Shown one piece after another: positions 60,741 through 64,000 of a DNA stretch of 64,000 nucleotides. Within the stretch, counting starts at the first letter, position 1. Every line of letters begins with the position of its first letter. The notes under the pieces are model-generated. The model made no database searches. It had not been told where the DNA came from and saw only the letters and a program-made list of their open reading frames with translations. The stretch spans positions 8,369 to 72,368 of the forward strand of contig JBCKKZ010000002.1 in assembly GCA_038904015.1 (NCBI GenBank). Reading direction: 5' to 3'. The DNA is from Burkholderiales bacterium. GTDB taxonomy: Bacteria > Pseudomonadota > Gammaproteobacteria > Burkholderiales > SG8-39. Both the position numbers and the translations under genes were made by a program.

Positions 60741-63722
60741 CTAAGCGTCCGTCTCGCGCCACCCCTGGTGCAGCGGGAAATAAAGCCCGCTCTTCGCGCC
60801 GCCGAGCGCCGCGGCGTAGGCGTCCAGCTGCGCGGCGTAGCGCTTGCGCTGTTGGTCGAGAAAACCCTCGATGTCGGCGCCTTCGTGCTCGCTCGTCTTG
60901 TAATCCACGACCCACTGCGTTCCGTTGTCGTCGCGAATCAGCCGATCGATTCGAAAACTGCCAGCGGGCGTACGGATTCGATACTCGCTGCACGCCTCGG
61001 GATGCGGCCCGAGCAGCCATCGTCCCCGCTCGTCGGCTAGGGTGTTTTTCAGCGCGGTGAGCACCAGTTCGGCAGCGGGACCGGGTGACTCGACGCCGCG
61101 GCGGTAGAGGTCGCGCTCGAAGTGGGAGCGCAGCGAGTCCACGCGCTTGGCGTCCCAGCCCTTGAGTTCGTCCTCCGCGATGCGCTGCAGCCAGCGGTGG
61201 ACGACGGTGCCGACGTGGCGGGCGGTTTCGCCGGCCCAGGAGAATTCGATGCGCTCTTCTTCGCGGCCCTCGGGCGGCGCGGCCCATTGGGCGGGAGCGG
61301 GGGGCGGCGGGAGTTGGAAGCTCGCCGGCAGGCGGCGAAGGGATTGTGTCTGGGGCGTGGCTGTGGGGGTTTGCGCGGTTTGTTGTGGAGATGAAATAGG
61401 AAAAACACCGGCTGCAGCGAACCAGGCTTTGGCGAGCAGCGAGCGCTTGTTGGGCGGCTTGACAACGGCACGAGTGCCGTCCTTACCCGTGCCTTTCTCG
61501 TTGGCTTTGGCGCAGCCGAGCAGGTGCAGGTGCGAGATGGCGCGGGTGGCGGCGACGTAGAAGAGGCGCCCGGCTTCGATGTCTTCAGCTTCCTTGTCGA
61601 GGCTGCGGATGAATTCGTAGATCGGGTCTTTGTCGCTGCCGGCTTCGTTGATGGGGGCGAGCAACAGGCTTGAGGTGGTTTGTTTCCAGATCAGGAGCTG
61701 GCGATCACTGGTGCGCGGCGCGCGGTCGAGGCCAGGGACGATGACGGTGTCGAATTCCAGCCCTTTGGCCTTGTGGATGGTCATGATCTCGACCGCATCC
61801 GGGCCGGCGTTGACGTCGGGCAGCGCCCAGAGTTTCTCGAGCTTGTCTTCGAGTACAGCGAGGTCGGGCAGGCCGCCCGCCTGTTCCAGCTTCTCCAGCT
61901 CATCCAGGTAGATGCCGGCGTCTTCGAGGTCGGTGGCGTCTCCGGGTTGGCCACTGAGGCAGGCCGGTCCCCCCAGCGCGAGCCAGACGCCTTCGACGCG
62001 GTCGCGCAGGGTGCCGCGCAGGCGGTTCTCCAGCGTGGGGGCGAGGACCGCACGGAAGCGCTCGAGTCTGGGAATGCCCTGGATTTGCTCCCAGATGGTT
62101 TTCTCAATCTTTCCCTCAAAAAAACTGCTTAATTCGTGTAAGTCCAAACCTACCCACGGCGCCCGCAGGATCGCCAGCCACGCGACGCGGTCGGCGGGGT
62201 GGATGAGCGCGCGCGTGAGGGCGTAGAGGTCCTGCACGATCTGCTTTTCGCCGAGGGTTTCGATATCCACCGCGCGGTAGGGTATGCCGGCTTTCTTCAG
62301 CGCGGGAACGATGCCGTCGAGGTGATTACGGTTACGCACGAGGATCGCGACTTTCCCTTTGGAATTTTTTATTATTTCTATGGTTTTTCTTGCCTCAAAT
62401 TCACGCTCAAAAAAACCATGCCAACGAACAGCGTCGCCGGGCAGCGCGGGATGGTGCGGGGTGGAGGGAGAGTAAGGGACAGCGCCCGACGTTTCATCCT
62501 CGGTTTTATTCAATACACGGGGAAAGGTCGAATTCAACCAATCCACAATTCCATTCTGGGAGCGGAAATTCGTTGTCAGCGTGAGGGGTTCGAGTTGCAC
62601 GCCGCCCAGGCCTTCGCGGCGCGCGCGCAGGAAGAGGCCGACCTCGGCTTCGCGGAAGCGGTAGATGGATTGCATCGGATCGCCGACCAGGAACACGGTG
62701 CGGCCGTCATCAGGCTGCCATCCCGAGGTGAGCAGGCTCAGGAGCCGCCACTGAGTCTGGGACGTATCCTGGAATTCATCCACCAGCACATGGCTGATTT
62801 TCTGGTCGAGCGACAACAGCAGTTCGCTCGGATCGTCGGATGCGCCGAGGGCATGCACCGCAGCGTCCGCGACTTGCGCAAAATCGATCTGGTTGTTTGA
62901 AGAAAAAGTCAGAAACAGCTGCTTCACCGCGGGCAGGAGCAGCGCGAGGATGGCTTCGAGCGCTTCCCACTGCGCCTCCTCATAGGCGGGCGGCGGCAGG
63001 CTGAGGAGCGGGATCAGCGCCTGGCGGACTTCCTCGGCGTCGGGGCGCCTGGAGAGCACCTGCGCGGTCTTGCTCTTCACCTTCCAGGTGTGCTTTTTCG
63101 TCAGCACTTCCTTCGCGAAGTCTTCGGAGGAACCGGCTTGGAGTTTTTTTGCTTTTTCCAAAAATCTATTTCTTTCAAAAAGCAAAGCGGCCTCGAGCTC
63201 CTTGCGCGTGGGCGGATTGCCGGCGTTGCGCAGCCACTGGTCGCGCTTGGCGAGCAGCGCGGCGAGCAGCGTGGCTGCGGCGGAGACGTCGTTATCGAGG
63301 TGGGCCAGGAGCTTTTGCACGGCATCGTTTTCCAGGAACGTCAAGGTCTGAAAAGCAGCTTCAAGATAAAAATCGGAAGCGTCCTCGACGATCCCCGGCT
63401 GCGCTCCGAAGCGCGCCAGCACCGGTACTTGGCGGGTCAGGGATGCGCAGAAGGCGTCGATGGTGAGAATGCGGAGACGGTGCGAGATTTCACTGGAATT
63501 GGGGAGCTTTTCGAGAACGCGCTTGCGCATCTCGGCCGCGGCCTTGCGCGTGAATGTGATGGCGAGGACTTCTTCAGGCCTTTTGACGATGGACAGGAGC
63601 TTGAGATAACGGTCCACCAGCAAGGTGGTCTTGCCCGAGCCCGCGGGCGCCTGGACGATGAAGGACTTCGTGTGATCCAACGCGCGTTCGCGTTCGGTCT
63701 GATCCGCGATTTGCGCGCTCAT
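60741..63722 (-). CDS. addA: AddA-type UvrD helicase/PD-(D/E)xK nuclease
   Basis: QAPAGSGKT, VDEFQDTS, VGDPMQSIYRFR, MTIHKAKGLEFD, YVAATRA, IDR...VVDYKT. Confidence 0.88.
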   Translation of the reverse strand: MSAQIADQTERERALDHTKSFIVQAPAGSGKTTLLVDRYLKLLSIVKRPEEVLAITFTRKAAAEMRKRVLEKLPNSSEISHRLRILTIDAFCASLTRQVPVLARFGAQPGIVEDASDFYLEAAFQTLTFLENDAVQKLLAHLDNDVSAAATLLAALLAKRDQWLRNAGNPPTRKELEAALLFERNRFLEKAKKLQAGSSEDFAKEVLTKKHTWKVKSKTAQVLSRRPDAEEVRQALIPLLSLPPPAYEEAQWEALEAILALLLPAVKQLFLTFSSNNQIDFAQVADAAVHALGASDDPSELLLSLDQKISHVLVDEFQDTSQTQWRLLSLLTSGWQPDDGRTVFLVGDPMQSIYRFREAEVGLFLRARREGLGGVQLEPLTLTTNFRSQNGIVDWLNSTFPRVLNKTEDETSGAVPYSPSTPHHPALPGDAVRWHGFFEREFEARKTIEIIKNSKGKVAILVRNRNHLDGIVPALKKAGIPYRAVDIETLGEKQIVQDLYALTRALIHPADRVAWLAILRAPWVGLDLHELSSFFEGKIEKTIWEQIQGIPRLERFRAVLAPTLENRLRGTLRDRVEGVWLALGGPACLSGQPGDATDLEDAGIYLDELEKLEQAGGLPDLAVLEDKLEKLWALPDVNAGPDAVEIMTIHKAKGLEFDTVIVPGLDRAPRTSDRQLLIWKQTTSSLLLAPINEAGSDKDPIYEFIRSLDKEAEDIEAGRLFYVAATRAISHLHLLGCAKANEKGTGKDGTRAVVKPPNKRSLLAKAWFAAAGVFPISSPQQTAQTPTATPQTQSLRRLPASFQLPPPPAPAQWAAPPEGREEERIEFSWAGETARHVGTVVHRWLQRIAEDELKGWDAKRVDSLRSHFERDLYRRGVESPGPAAELVLTALKNTLADERGRWLLGPHPEACSEYRIRTPAGSFRIDRLIRDDNGTQWVVDYKTSEHEGADIEGFLDQQRKRYAAQLDAYAAALGGAKSGLYFPLHQGWRETDA

Positions 63723-63775
63723 CGAGCAGCCTCAAGAGTAGAATCGTCGGTTATCGAGAGCGCATCGAGACTGTT

Positions 63776-63880
63776 ATGACAACCGATGATCGTATCGAGA
63801 TCAACCCCAATGTCATGGTCGGAAAACCAGTGATTCGCGGCACGCGGGTTCCGGTCGAACTGATCGCGATTGCGACTTAG
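63776..63880 (+). pseudogene. DUF433 antitoxin-like fragment
   Basis: MTTDDRIEINPNVMVGKPVIRGTRVPVELI then stop. Confidence 0.7.
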
Positions 63881-63883
63881 CTT

Positions 63884-64000
63884 GTGAGAGTCATCCCAGG
63901 CGACACCATGCCTGCGATCGACGCCCGCCTCGTGGGCGGCGAGCGCTGGGCGTTGGCGCGCGAGAAGGCGGAGAAGCTGGCGCTGCTCGCGTTCTACCGC
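63884..64000 (+). CDS. Probable AhpC/TSA redoxin, 3' end outside window
   Basis: PGDTMPAIDARLVGGERW...LLAFYR. Confidence 0.5.
   Translation, partial: MRVIPGDTMPAIDARLVGGERWALAREKAEKLALLAFYR

Overview
GC-rich betaproteobacterial-type DNA with two very different accessory halves and no rRNA, tRNA or CRISPR array that I can see. Left half (~1-33 kb): a mosaic island enriched in iron-sulfur genes. It has Fe-S carriers/assembly factors (Mrp/ApbC-DUF971 fusion, NifU/Nfu, BolA, CDGSH, Rieske ferredoxin, Fpr, VIT1/CCC1), SelO, a SagB-type nitroreductase and a CCxEP-tail radical SAM / ATP-grasp / DUF971 cassette in two reciprocally decayed copies. It also has isolated Fe-S client proteins lifted out of their normal operons: nuoB+nuoI with stubs of nuoA/nuoC/nuoJ, sdhB with an sdhE stub, ETF-QO, gltBD, thiC and aconitase, plus a metal-free formate dehydrogenase and RibB. 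Most of these sit in four arms diverging from two copies of a Cys-tailed MarR regulator that share a 19-bp palindromic operator. My main hypothesis (inference) is a stress-inducible 'Fe-S spare-parts' regulon. Right half (~33-64 kb): a defence/toxin-antitoxin island with a decayed Type I R-M system, an intact-looking SNF2-Mod-(OLD-like ATPase)-Res Type III locus, a Panacea TA pair, about ten intact or broken TA modules, a Fic protein, a DUF1631 gene, a SEC-C protein and addA. Family calls come from motif recognition by eye, not database searches. The many junctions and internal deletions could partly be assembly artefacts.
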